Assembly: GCF_006345805.1 (NCBI RefSeq)
Contig: NC_042997.1
Coordinates: 156,178,001 to 156,242,000 of the forward strand
Source of the DNA: Octopus sinensis
Lineage: Eukaryota
Reading direction: 5' to 3'
Length of the DNA stretch: 64,000 bases
A program made the position numbers and the translations under genes. The notes under the pieces were generated by a model. That model was not told where the DNA came from and ran no database searches. It was given only the letters and a program-made list of their open reading frames with translations. Shown piece after piece: positions 1-12,442 of the stretch (within the stretch, counting starts at the first letter, position 1; every line of letters begins with the position of its first letter).

Positions 1-984
1 AAGGGGGGTTAAAAAAAAAAAAAAAAGGGGGGGAGAGGAAAAAAAAATGATCAATAGGGATCGTTATCACAGAAATGTCAATATGAAGTGTAAAGGGGAG
101 GACAGGTGAGGTTTACCCGTGGAAAGAAAAGCCTGCGGAAAAGACCACGGTAACCTCGGTCAATGAAGTCACATTTTATATTTCTTTTTTTTTTTTTTTT
201 TTTTTGCAAATAAGCAACTCTCTGTTTTCGATTTCTGGGTTCATAGGACTATGCTCAAGGTGGCTTCGTCATTCATACGTGCCATTCTTGCTACATTCAC
301 CCATCTTTTTTTAAAACATTCGCTAGACAAAACTTGCCTCTCTACTCTCACTTTCCTTTTCAAGTGGTACTTGAAGAAGTTGATGAGAGATTGACCAGAG
401 AGGAAAGTGTTTGTCTCCAATCCTTTCAGACGCGTCCACCAGATACATTCTTTCGCCATAGCCACAAGGATGATGAAAATAGCTCTTCCTTCCCGTTTGA
501 AGGAAGGAGGCGTGACAATATTGACGATAGACTCAGCTGATAAACCGACTCGTCCCACACGTGACAGCAGTTCTTCGACATAAGCCCACAGGTCGGAAAT
601 TGTTGGACACTGAACGAGTGCGTGCAGAACGGTTTCGTCGCTCTGACCGCATCTCGGGCAGGTCGGCCCCGTGTTTCTCGAGCCGTGTCTGTAGAGCTTA
701 TCCCGAACGGGTAGCGCTTCTCGGTAGCACTGCCAGGCCAGGATCTCTGGAAGTTGTCCATGGGCCCTGGCCCGAAAGTCGTCCCGAACAGGCGGTCAGG
801 TACTCCTCGTCGACGTCCAGGTTCGCCCCGAGCTCGTCGTCGTACCTCCCCTCCACTAAACCCCTATAGAATGCTTTGGTTGTGTTGAAGTCACTTAAGG
901 TCGACCCAGGACGGCAGAGTTGCTTGAGAGCAACGCGACACTCGCGGTGCCATTCGCCCTTCCTCGGCCTCTTTTTGATCCACG

Positions 985-987
<3 letters not shown>
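1..987 (-). mobile_element. 5'-truncated L1/Tx1-clade non-LTR retrotransposon: ORF2 C-terminus (zf-RVT zinc knuckle, two frameshifts) at ~241-987 plus 3' UTR
   Basis: Joining frames gives ...LAWQCYREALPVRDKLYRHGSRNTGPTCPRCGQSDETVLHALVQCPTISDLWAYVEELLSRVGRVGLSAESIVNIV...KECIWWTRLKGL...FKKRWVNVARMARMNDEATLSIVL*. The CX2CX7HX4C knuckle is typical of L1/Tx1 ORF2. Confidence 0.85.
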
Positions 988-1019
<32 letters not shown>

Positions 1020-1064
1020 GTAGATAGGTAGGTAGATAGATAGATAGATAGATAGATAGATGGG

Positions 1065-1142
<78 letters not shown>
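988..1142 (+). repeat. (AGAT)n microsatellite
   Basis: Direct reading; source of the IYLS-repeat pseudo-ORFs. Confidence 0.98.
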
Positions 1143-1311
1143 TACAACTAGCACCTTTCAGTTTCCACCTACCAAATCCACTCACAAGGCTTTGGTTGGC
1201 CTGTGGCTACAGTTAAAAACACTTGCTCAAGTTGCCACACAGTGGGACTGAACCTAGAGCCAAGTAGTTGGGAAACAACCTTCATACCACACAACCACAC
1301 CAGAACATAAA

Positions 1312-1351
<40 letters not shown>

Positions 1352-4204
1352 TGTGTGTGCTTGTGTGTGCATGTGTGCGCATGTGTGTGTGTCATGTCTG
1401 CACACACACACACACACACACAGATATGTGTGTGTGCATGTGTGCATGTGTGCTTGTGTGTGTTGAGTATTAACTCTCAGTGGCATGACAAAGTGTAAAA
1501 TTCTTAACTAACACATTGAGAATAACTAATATATAAATAAGGAGAGTGAGAATGGGGGAAAGAGAGAGAGAGAGAGAAAGAGAAAGAGAGTGAGAGTGAG
1601 AGAACGAACATGATTTCATTTTATATTTCTTATTGACATGCATTTAATATTTTCTCTCAAACGCAAAACAGTCTGGAAAATTCTCAGTTAACACAAAAAG
1701 GAAGATGATGTAATATTATATAAGTTCTCTGCTATTAAACTGAGAGAAAGTGTGTGGATAACAAAAAAGATTGAAATGAAAAGAGAAATAGATTGTGTGT
1801 TTGAAGGAATAAGAGGATTTGTCTTCTGATAGGATATAGTTTACTCTTGTAGCTGGTAATATTGAAAGTGTAACTGACTTAATACATTTCAGAAATAGCA
1901 CGAATAGGTAAATTACATGGAAGCATGGATACCTTAAGAAAATATATTACTAACTACAGGTGAAGTGTTACATAGAGTGAATTAATAATAAAACTTGGCA
2001 CATCCCCTCATAAAGATTGCCAATTTGGCATAGTCTCTTATAGAAGATCTTTGTAACTTCTGCTTTAATTAGTTAGCAGTACTATTATTACAGGACAGCA
2101 GATTGACAGAATTGGCTGAGTGGAAACCAAAATGCTATATATTATTCTGTTAAATCCCTTTGCATTCAGAGTTTAAATCCCACTGAGTCAACTTCACCAT
2201 TCATCTTTCTAGGGTCAATAAAACAGAGTACTGGTCAAGTACTAAATTTTATATAATTGACTGTACTCTCCCCTAAATTTGTGATATTCTGTTTTTATAG
2301 ACATCATTATTTAGTTCAAATCAAGCTGGTGAGCTTGGTAGAAGCGTTAGCATGCCGGGTGAAATGCTTAGTGGTATTTCGTCTGCCGCTACATTCTGAG
2401 TTCAAATTCTGCCGAGGTCAACTTTACTTTTCATCCTTCAGGGTCAATAAATTAAGTATCCATTATGCACTGGGGTTGATATAATCAACTTAATCCCTTT
2501 CTCAAAATTTGAGGCCTTGTGCTTCCAGTAGAAAAGAATCATTAGCATGTTAGACAAAATGCTTTGTGGCATTTTATCCGTCTTTACATTCTGAGTTCAA
2601 ATCCCTCTGAGGTCAACTTTACCTTTCATCCTTTCAGAGTCACTAAAATAAGTACTAGTTGAACAATGGAGTTGATGTAATTGACCTGCTTCTTCCCCCA
2701 AAATTGCTGGCCTTGTGCCAAAATTTAAAACCAATGTTTCTTCTGATTCAAAATAATGAATTAGCAGAATCCTTCCTGCATGAGGCAAAATGCTTAGCAG
2801 CATTTCATCCATTTTCATGAGGCCAAAGTCATCAACTACCCTCTTGTTAATTGCTGGCCTTGTGCCAAAACTTGAAATAATTATTTCATTCAGCTAAAAA
2901 TTGAAATATTCTTTCCTTGGGTGTTTTTGAAGCACAGTCTAAAACCATTTCTGACATAAAATAGTGATGTTTTCTATTTTGAAATATGAATTAACAAGTA
3001 GACTCTAAGTGGTTACTCAACCTGCTAGAAAGAGCAAGCAAATCTCTCTCAAATCACACTCCACCATTTTACAAGAAAAGATGCTATTAGATAAAATATC
3101 CAATCTGTTACCTTTTACTTGTTTCAGTCATGGGACTGCAGCCATGCAGTGGCACCACTTGGAAGTGATTAGTCAAACAAATTGACTCTAGTACTTATTT
3201 TTCAGTCTAGTGCTTATGCTATTGATATCTTTTGCCAAGCTGCTAAGTTATAGGGATGTAAACAAACCAATACTGGTTGTCAAGCAGTGGTGGTGGTGGT
3301 GGTGGGTAAAAACATAAAGATGCACACACACATATGGCAGGCTTCCACATAGTTTCTGTCCACCAAATTCACTCACAAGGCATTGGTTGGCCCTGGGCTA
3401 TAGTAGCAGACACTTGCCCAAGGTGCCATGCAATGGGACTGAACCCAAAACCACATGGTTACAAAGTAAGCTTCTTGATTACACAGCCATAGAAAAGAGT
3501 AGATTTTCATTTGAAATTAGTTACATAATCATATTCTTTATCTGCCAACCTTTTTCAGTAACAAAATTGCCAGATTATTTATTACTTTCTGTTGCGATCA
3601 CCTCTACAGATTTTCTATAGAAATTTTGTAGAGATGATCTTAACATGTGGTTTAAGTGCACTGCTACCACAGTAGTATACAGTACTGTTTTATAAAAATG
3701 AATGTTTAATATACTTTGTAGCATATTATGGTTGCATAATGAAATACTGTGTGCCTACAGGTAACTAATACTTTTTGTTGGTTGTTGTCTATAATCTTTC
3801 CATACTGTATTTTGCCTTTTCACATGGATAAAATAAGGTTTTATAGTATTCAGAATCCATGAATATAACTGCATTCCCTTTATTCACTTTAATTGTCAAT
3901 TTGTTATCACCATTTTTCAGTTCAGTTACATCTACCCATTCAATAATGCTGAAGTTTGACTTATTTCTTTGTCATTGTATGGAAAAAAATTTCAAAATGT
4001 ATTAAGAAATACATAAAGAATGAGGTTCTATAGAATGCAATTTTGGTATGATTATTGCATTACCCCAACATGGAAGACATATATTACTCATTCAAAGACA
4101 CACAAAGACTTAACTTCACTAAAAGTGGTAAGAAACTTTCAAAAGAGCTGAACAGCAAAAGGTCTTCAGAGAAGAAACCTACTTCGGGCAAGTATTTCAG
4201 CTCT

Positions 4205-4898
4205 TAACTTTAATTATTTAGTGTTAAAATTTTCCTTGCATCAGTTGCAATCTGGTCACTGACAAGGTTTCAATGACACCAAATACTGGTTTCAAATTTT
4301 GGCACAAGGCCAGAAATTTTGGGGGAGGGTGTGACTCAATTGCAATGACCCCAGTGCTCAACTGGTACTTATTCTATCAACCTTGAAAGGATAAAAGGCA
4401 AAGGCAAAGTCAACCTTGGTGGAATTTGAACTCAGGACTTAAAGATGGACGAAATGCATCTAAGCATTTTGCCTGGCATGCTAATGTTTCTGCCAACTTG
4501 CCACCTTAATGGCACCAAATAATAATAAATATTTAAGCGAAATTAACAGTCTTCACCCAAAGGATGCTACTTTTGGGTGGAAAATAACTGCTGTTGTTCC
4601 TAACAAGTGACTGACAAACATTATTCTTATGAAATTATTCTTCTGTGAGTTTCAATTTTCTATAAATATATCCAATTTCAGGAGCACATATTCTGAAAAA
4701 AAAAAAAAATTAGTGCATTGAAGCATGTAATACTTTCCTTATTGAGCAGATTTAAAATCCTTGAGGCCTGTATCATTGATTGGTTAAGATATTTCACAGT
4801 ACACCTTACAGGTAACTTTGCATATAGGACCTGGAGTGACTTTCTGAGACATTTTTTGGAAAAAAGTGTGTTTTATATGCTTTCCAAAAAGTTTGTTC

Positions 4899-4947
<49 letters not shown>

Positions 4948-5925
4948 TACATTCACACATGTGTGTGGATGTATATGCATGTGTAAACGAGAGTGTGTGT
5001 CTGTCAGTATTTATGTTCACCTCTATAAGCCTGTGTGTCATGCTGTATCCCCTTAGGCCAAAATAGTTAACTTAGTAATTCAATAAATAAAGATTGATAA
5101 AGTAAGTATTGTACTGAAATAGATACTGGAGCCAATATGATCAGCAAAAAACACTTGAAGACGATGCTCCAGCATGGGCACTGCCTAATGACTAAGTTAA
5201 AGGATATACCTAGCTAAAGAGTAAAAAATAAAAGAATGACTAAAGACCAAATTCTTATTTGGAAATAACTACACTTAGAAGACTCTTGGGGAAATTCTCA
5301 CTTAACATAACAGAATAGAAGTTAAGAAAAAGAATTTTAAAAATGATTGTGAAGATGTGAGTAAAAAATAAATGAAAACAGTTTCTTTAAATTGAAATGT
5401 ACTGTTTGAATAAAATCTAAACTAACATTTTAGTAACTTTTCATTACCTGTAAGGTGTACTGTGAAATATCTTAACCAATCAATGATACAGGCCTCAAGG
5501 ATTTTAAATCTGCTCAATAAGGAAAGTAATCTGTTATATAGGTATGTTTGAAAAGAAAAGGGAAACAAAGCAAAAAGAAAAACTAAAAAAAAAAAAAGAA
5601 AAAAATGCTATTATTTGCACTTAAAACATCTTAAAGCATTTATCTTTCAAATTCTCTTCACTATTTTTTCCTTCTCAGAAGCAGCATAAAATAAACTAAC
5701 AATAAACTAGTACAATATTTTGGAGATGTACTCGTCTGGCAAACAATTTGATCTAAGACTGTGTTAAAACTAAAACAATTACAGCATGCAAGGTACATAT
5801 CAGTTATTCAAAAACACACAGAAACTGTTAACTTCTCTTAGACATTTATTCTCATTTGGTGTCAGCGGAACTTTGTCAGTGACCAGGTTGCAATTGATCT
5901 GACAAAAATTTTAACACCAAATAGA
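4205..5925. repeat. Old diverged inverted repeat: left arm ~4205-4284 plus ~4515-4552 (split by a SINE), right arm ~5821-5925
   Basis: tatttagtgttaaaattttccttgcatcagttgcaatctggtcactgacaaggtttcaatgacaccaaat vs reverse complement tatttggtgttaaaatttttgtcagatcaattgcaacctggtcactgacaaagttccgctgacaccaaat. Homology resumes after the SINE, whose TSD is aatg(a/g)caccaaata. Confidence 0.8.
4731..5528. repeat. Perfect 85-bp inverted repeat (4731-4815 / 5444-5528)
   Basis: Base-by-base comparison shows 85/85 identity in reverse complement. Confidence 0.95.
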
Positions 5926-6183
5926 TATTTAAGTGAAGTAAACTGTCTTAAGGTGGTGCTCCAGCATGGCTGCAGTCTGCTGTCAAAATGACTGAAACAA
6001 GTAAAGTAAAAGTGTTAATAAGTACAAGCATGGCTGTGTGGTAAGAAGCTTGCTTTCCAACCACATGCTTCTGGGTTCAGTCCCACTACATGACACCTTG
6101 GCCAAGTGTCTTCTAATATAGATTTGGGCTGACCAAAGTCTTGTGAGTGGATTTGGTAGGCAGAAACTGAAAGAAGCCCATTG

Positions 6184-6224
<41 letters not shown>

Positions 6225-6261
6225 TTGTAAAGAATAAAAAGTTTTGAATGGTACAACAATG

Positions 6262-6439
6262 CACTATAATACAAACAATGGGCTATATACCTGCTGTAAT
6301 TTAGTCATCCATAGTCTGATATGATATTTCGGAATAAAATTCCTTCTTCAGATATTCTTAGATAGAGTCGCTGCTATATTCCAAAATATCATCAGACTAA
6401 ATTACAACAGGTATATAGCTCATTGTTTATATTATAGTG
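6262..6439. mobile_element. Penelope-like terminal-repeat remnant in inverted arrangement (45-bp arms 6262-6306 / 6395-6439) enclosing a hammerhead motif
   Basis: Arms cactataatacaaacaatgggctatatacctgctgtaatttagtc and its reverse complement differ at 3 positions. A decayed plus-strand HHR 3' half (ttccaaaatatc) lies at ~6379-6390. Confidence 0.6.
6318..6357 (-). ncRNA. Minimal type I hammerhead ribozyme motif, canonical core
   Basis: Minus strand: gaatat-CUGAAGA-a-GGAAU uuu AUUCC-GAAA-U-A-U-C/-auauc. Stem I uau(a)/(u)aua, 5-bp stem II, palindromic helix III (AUAU), AUC cleavage triplet. Confidence 0.75.
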
Positions 6440-6625
6440 CATTGCTGTACCATTCGTTATCTACAGAATTCAAGTGTATTTTCAGATGTTTTCTATAAGC
6501 CATAGTTTTTCTATGATAGCATATGTAAATTGTTAAAGAATTGTATTTCATGATTTCAAAAATTGGGTTGATATTACAAGGAAACTTACCTTTAAAACAT
6601 AGAAGTGTATGATTTTTGACTGTTA

Positions 6626-8188
6626 TTAGCTTCTGGAACATCCCTTTTTAGTGACCAACAAATAATCAGCCAACATAGAAGAGCTCCACTTGCCTTGGTA
6701 CCAGGTTTCCATGTTCAGAAACCTCTCACTGTCCTCGTCACTGACAACCCCAAGATTTGCAGGGAAAAGTGAGAGTTCAAGAAGTAGATTTTTAGGCTCA
6801 TATTGCACCCCAAGGCCTTGTATGATGTCAGTAGCTCTTTCACAATTTTGGAATAGTTCTCTGCTCTGTGATTCCCCCAAAACTCTCTGCAAACTTTCTT
6901 AAATGACAGTCATGCAGCTTTTTCAACATCATTGAGATCTTCATCAAATCTTTGGTCTCTCATCAGCTCCTTAATCCGTGGCCCAACAAAATGCTTTCTT
7001 AGATTTTTGCGCCACTTACTCTTGGAAATCTAGTTTTCAAATATGTGAATCACTTACCAGTTCTATGCATACCTTTGACGAAATTCTTCATCAACCCTAG
7101 CTTAATATGCAAAGGAGGCAGATAAATTTTCTCAGAATCATCATCAAAAGGAGGATTGATGACATTCTTCTGTGCAGGAGTCAGAGATCGTTTCAGCCAC
7201 ACATTTTTTTCATAATGACTTTTCTTATCCCAACTGTTCCACTCACAGAGAAAGTCACAATCCAGCTGCATTGCAAGTAAAAGTTCCACAACCATTAGGC
7301 CACCACAAGTATTCCATTTATGTTCCTCATACTTTTTGCCCCAAAAGTTTCATAATCTCTTATGTTTCCTTCATGTTAATTTCATGGGCCAGAGGAACAG
7401 AAGGAAACTTATTTCCATTGTGCAGTGAAATTACTTATTTTCAAAATTACTTTTGAGGAGTCAATAAACAAATGCCACTCATTTGAGCTATATTTGTGGT
7501 TAAATTCCTCCATAGCAGAATATACATCATTACAAAACATCACACCATCCACAAGTGAAGAAAAATTGCAAAACCACAATACTGAGCACAATAAAAACTA
7601 ACTTTGGTCTCTTTCTGGAGAAGATTCCAGCCCTTTAACCTGGAACCAAGAAATTCAGATTGCATTTACGACAAGTTTAAATCCCACACAAGATCATTCA
7701 AATCTCCCTGACTCAACAAATGTGGTTCACTTGAAGAACAATTAGGTTCAAAGTTCATGTCTTCTGTTTCTTTCTCCACATCTTCATCACTTGATATCGT
7801 CACCAAGTGTCAGGTCACAAGTGGGGGGGGGGGGCAGTTACAGGTAAGTGTTGATTGTGAAGTACTGGTCTCATAGCAGATTGTAAATTACAATATCTTA
7901 TAGTATGCTTGGATTTTTATGTTATACCTTGTATATTAATCATACAGAAGTAGCAATCATAGGGATGGCAAAAGGCTTATGGCGTGAACCTTTGGTCCAT
8001 GCTGTAAGAAGTCTGACACATGTTACACAATACATATTAGGGGCTCAACTTTTATCCTGGTCACCCACTTTGCAGTCAAAGTAATGCTCGTAGCACTTTT
8101 TAATCAATGGCGTGAAATGCCATCTTTGTGACTTGAATGTTAAGTCACCACAAATATAGCAAAAGTTGTTTGCAATGTTTATACACAT
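6626..8188 (-). mobile_element. Decayed, near full-length DNA transposase, Chapaev3-like (CMC group); many stops and frameshifts
   Basis: N-terminal CINIANNFCYICGD..KKCYEHYFDCKVGDQDKS; FCNDV..EWHLFIDSSK; CDFLCEWNS; KIYLPPLHIKLGLMKNFVKGM; FPANLGVVSDEDSERF..METWYQGKWSSSMLADY. The family name is from recalled motifs, not a database search. Confidence 0.75.
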
Positions 8189-9357
8189 TGTAGCTTAATA
8201 ATACATACTCTTTTTACTTACTTTATCAATGGTCTTTTGCTCCCTATGGAGCAAAGGTTATTGATTACTTTTCTTTAGTGTTCTCAACTTTGGCCCAACA
8301 CAACCATTTTTATCTCTAGGTTGAACTGGTCCATATTAGTTTGGCTTCTATCCTTTGAACTGTCCAGCATGAGTGACCCTCCCAGGAGCTTGTGCTCTAC
8401 TGGCATAGCTCTCAGGGTCATTGAGGCACATAAGTCACAACACCACAGCAAGGACTGGACTTTGTAGCAAAATAATTTTGAGTGTCTATGTAGTTGTAAG
8501 CATACATAAACACTCCAGTAGAACATTCACGATCTGATAACTGGGGCTGCACCAGCATCAGACTGGTACTCATTGCAGCTGAGTTGTTTGGAGCAATGTG
8601 AAATGAAGTATCTTGTTCAAGAATACAACATGCTGCTCAGTACATATATTTTGTAAAGAGGGCATAGCTGATTATATTATGCTTTTATTACCCTTTAGGA
8701 AAATAAAATTCCAAGTCAGCTTTGGTAAGATTCAAGCTCAACGCTGTCTTTAACATAAAGACTTTCCATAAGAAGATCAGATAATCCTGAAAAATCTCTT
8801 ATAAAATTTCTTTTACAGACATCAATCGAATTGGTTAGATGAGATGAATCATCACCCCTTACTTACAATATTTTATATATTCTTATTTATTTCATATAAA
8901 AGATAGTATCCCAAGCTGGATACAGATTTCCAACAAGCCAGTTATTTATGATAAGGAAAGTGACAAGGAAATGTCTGTGCAACTCAGGAAGAACATAGTT
9001 CAAAAGAACTGTTTTATTAGTTTTCTTTCCAATATCTACATCTTTCATCAATATACATGAGCAAATGATACATAGATTACATAGCAATACATACATGCAC
9101 ACACAAAGAAAGCTTACACATAGTTTCTGTCTACTAAATTCTAGTCACAAGATGTTAGTCAACCCAAGATTATGGTAGAAGATACTTGCTCAAGGTGCTA
9201 AAGTGGGATTGAACCCAGCACCATGTAGTTACAAAGTAAACTTCTTAGTCGCACAGTCAAACTTTCATGCTTACTACTATTCTAGAAAATGTTTTGGAGA
9301 CTCCAAGATTACACAGGCGATGAAATGGTAACATAAAACGGTGGATCGGTCACCTGC

Positions 9358-10110
9358 CTATACATCATCTGGGGGTGCAGGGCTTCCATCAGTTAATGTG
9401 ACCATATATCTTGGATGTATATATGTAGGCCTTGGTAAGATGCTGAAGCACGAAGTCTCCCCTACGTGCCATTGATGTTTATTCATGGGCAAGGGCTCCT
9501 GATTGAGTTTGACATCAAGATCATTGCAAGTGTTGCTGTCAGAACACAAAAAACCAGAATAGCTACTGCAGAGCATCCTGCCTGACCCTCATGCAATTCT
9601 ACAAATTTACCACCCTAGACTATTACGTTATTCATCAACCCTGAAAATATGAAAGCCAAAAGTGGCCTTAGTGGGATTTGAACTGGGAGTTAAAACAAAA
9701 ACTATGAATCATTCTATCTAACATTTTAACCACTCTGTTAATTCACCACTTTGTACTATTTGTAGAGAACCTTCCCAAATCAATCCCAATGGCAAGTGCT
9801 TGACAAGGAAATCACCAAGGGTCATTCATTGACCTAATGGAATAAGGTGAAAGAATGCTCACATAAAGCAAAGCGCCAAGAAACAAGAACTTTGAAAGAA
9901 AAGTTTATATTTTTATCCTGGGACTCTTACTGTATAGTTACAGAAGACCTAGAGGGAATAATCACAAATTTATTGCCATGAATATAGCACAAGTGATGCT
10001 AATGACCAAGTCTTTGGTAATGAAGTTGTGCTACTGCTGTTGCTAATAAAAGAGTAATAATTATCTCCTGAATTGTTTTGCCAACACCCAGCAGTGAGAT
10101 TAAGACTGCA
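9358..10110 (-). mobile_element. Highly decayed LINE reverse-transcriptase remnant (I/Jockey-like)
   Basis: ISLLGVGKTIQEII resembles the RPISLL motif. About 600 bp downstream, LDVKLNQEPLPMNKH..PRYMVTL resembles the P+YLGVTLD region. Confidence 0.45.
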
Positions 10111-10124
10111 AATACAGTAGTAGT

Positions 10125-10290
10125 ATTAGTGGTGGTGGTGGTAGTGGTGATAGTAGAAGTAGTGGTAGTGTTGATAGCGGTGGTATGGTGGTAATAGCGG
10201 TAGTAGTAGTAGTGGTGGTGGTGGTGGTGGTAGTGGTGGTGGTGGTGGTGGTAGTAGTAGTAGTATAGTAGTAGTAGTGGCTGTGGTTGC
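10125..10290 (+). repeat. Compound (GTA)n/(GTG)n microsatellite
   Basis: Direct reading. Confidence 0.9.
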
Positions 10291-11001
10291 AGGAGTGGTT
10301 TGAACCTTACAATTTCAATATTAGTGCGATTTTCTATTTCACTAGCAAACATAGTTCTACTGATGTGGCGCTGAAGTATGATGTGGAAGGGGTGGGGTGA
10401 GATAGGGGTTATTACTTTCAGGCCTCATAACAACAAAACAACATATATAACAAGAATAAGCCAACAAGGGGGCCTCTATGTGGTGATTTGACTTGATGGA
10501 AATAGCAGGTAAATCTCCTTTCACAGCCATACTTTATAGCCTCTGATATATTAGGTTAGAAAAGAAGATGGGGTGGTCACAACTGGAATGTCTTTGATCA
10601 TAGTTCTTCTACATTAGGGTCGAATTGGGGTTAAACCACTGCCACAATTACGATAGCCACAAGAGCATACTAACTTTACTAAGTTAGACCACATAAATAA
10701 TTGTTTCTAACAGGCACAAAACCAGAAATATCGGAGATAGGATTGGTTGACTACGCTGACCCCAGTTCTTGACAGGAGCTCTATTTTATCAGCCCTGGAA
10801 GGATGAAAGGCAAAACTGACCTTGGTAGGATTTGAACTCAGAATGCAAAAAAGCATGAAAAAATACAAGACATTTTGGCCAACACTCTACTTACACACCA
10901 CCCTTAGCACATTAATTATTTAAACAAGTCTACAAATCTATTGAAGACCTCTCTTCTTTAATATATGTTGTACATACACTTTTATCTTATTCTTTAATAT
11001 T

Positions 11002-11449
11002 TCAAGCATAAAACTGCTGGTCATCCATCACCAAATGGTGAACACAATCACTGTTTTTTTCAGTGGTGGCAGTTGCAGGACATTCAGACCTTGGGTCATC
11101 TTCAAAACTCTCTCTTCCCCTCCTAAATTCAGCTGTCCACTCTTGCACTGTTGATAAAGCTGGAGCATCAACCCCTAATGTAGTAACCATGTCAGCATGA
11201 ATGTCCTTTAGAGCTAAATCCTTTTTCTGCATGTACTTGATAACACTACGATACCAAATTTTCTCCTTTTTCAAGAGAAGTTGCTACTAGTTACTTTTGA
11301 AGTTTTCTCTGAACAGTCAGATGTCAGTTTTACTGGAAAGAAACAATGCAGTTATTAATAAGAAGAGATGTAATTAATACTTGTATGATTTTCACAGCTC
11401 TAACATCACTCCTTTATAGTCAGTCTATGAACTTTTCAGCTCACCCTTG
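11002..11449 (-). mobile_element. Mariner transposon 5' fragment (TIR plus N-terminal HTH of transposase)
   Basis: YRSVIKYMQKKDLALKDIHADMVTTLGVDAPALSTVQEWTAEFRRGRESFEDDPRS. Terminal ta-caagggtgagctgaaaagtt with TA at 11450-11451. Confidence 0.85.
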
Positions 11450-11548
11450 TAGCAAGAGAAAATGGAGAATGGCAATGTGCTGGTAACATTTGAATAGACA
11501 TGTGGGGATGGTAGAGGTTGTGACATGTGCATACTGGTATTTTTACAA

Positions 11549-11808
11549 TCACCAATCACACAATTTGCATCTGTTGTTAGTTGATGGATTTAAATTATAA
11601 ATGAGGATGTCCTCATTAATTCTTAAATTTTTAATGTTCCATGCAGTGACTTTGATGGTGACCATGATGTCTTGAGTGTGGAATTTCTTCAGATGTTTTT
11701 TAATGGAAGGTGTACTTGCCTGGATGTGTTCCTTAATGCAGATACCCAATTTGTGGATAATGCTTGCAATGTAGGATCCACAACATTTATTGTAAACTAT
11801 ATTGTATA
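11549..11808 (-). mobile_element. Penelope-like element GIY-YIG endonuclease fragment
   Basis: VYNIVYNKCCGSYIASIIHKLGICIKEHIQASTPSIKKHL...NIKNLRINEDILIYNLNPSTNNR matches the VY..C..C..YIG...RI.EH..H..LRI.E..LI..P..N pattern. Confidence 0.7.
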
Positions 11809-11809
11809 C

Positions 11810-12064
11810 CGTGGAGGTGTGTTAGGGTGTCAGCACCATGATTGTAAGATTGTGGTTTCGATTCCTGGATTGGGCGACGCATTGTATTCTTGAGCAAAAC
11901 ACTTCATTTCATTCTGCTCCAGTCCACTCAGCTGGCAAAAATGAGTAACACTGTGATGGACTGGCATTCCATCCAGCTGGGGAACACATACGCCATTGAA
12001 ACTGGGAAACCGGGCCCATGAGCCTGGCTAGGCTTTAAAAAGGGTGCATTTATTTTTATTTTTA
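11810..12064 (+). mobile_element. tRNA-derived SINE inserted into the GIY-YIG fragment
   Basis: B-box-like ggtttcgattcc; 13-bp TSD tatattgtatacc on both sides. Confidence 0.75.
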
Positions 12065-12222
12065 TATTGTATACCAAGGTGGTAACCTAACAGAATTGTT
12101 AGCACATCAGACAAAATGCTTAGTGGCATTTCTTCTGGCACTCTACATTCTGAGTTCAAACCCTGCTGAGGTCAACTTTGCTTTTCATCCCTTTGGGATT
12201 GATAAAATAAAGCACCAGTTAA

Positions 12223-12442
12223 CCCTTTTATTACTGTATTTATTTTGAGATGCTTTGTGTTTGTTTCAATTACTTTAAATATAACAAAGAATTTAGTAAA
12301 ATAACTTAGTTGTCATTCAGCTAGTGTTAGGTACATAAATTGTGACTAAGGTTTGGTGGAAGATTTTAATTCAAAATTTATGAAAACAAGACATTTGTAC
12401 TCAGGGCCAGAGCCAGTTTCAGCCGGGTTGGTAATGAAAGGG
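12223..12442. mobile_element. piggyBac-type MITE (copy 1), inserted inside a SINE
   Basis: TTAA|cccttt...aaaggg|TTAA termini; second copy at 22965-23183. Confidence 0.8.

Noticed and set aside
4070-4207. Small ORF MEDIYYSFKDTQRLNFTKSGKKLSKELNSKRSSEKKPTS with possible GC-AG donor
   Set aside because: No recognised homology and no in-phase downstream exon found
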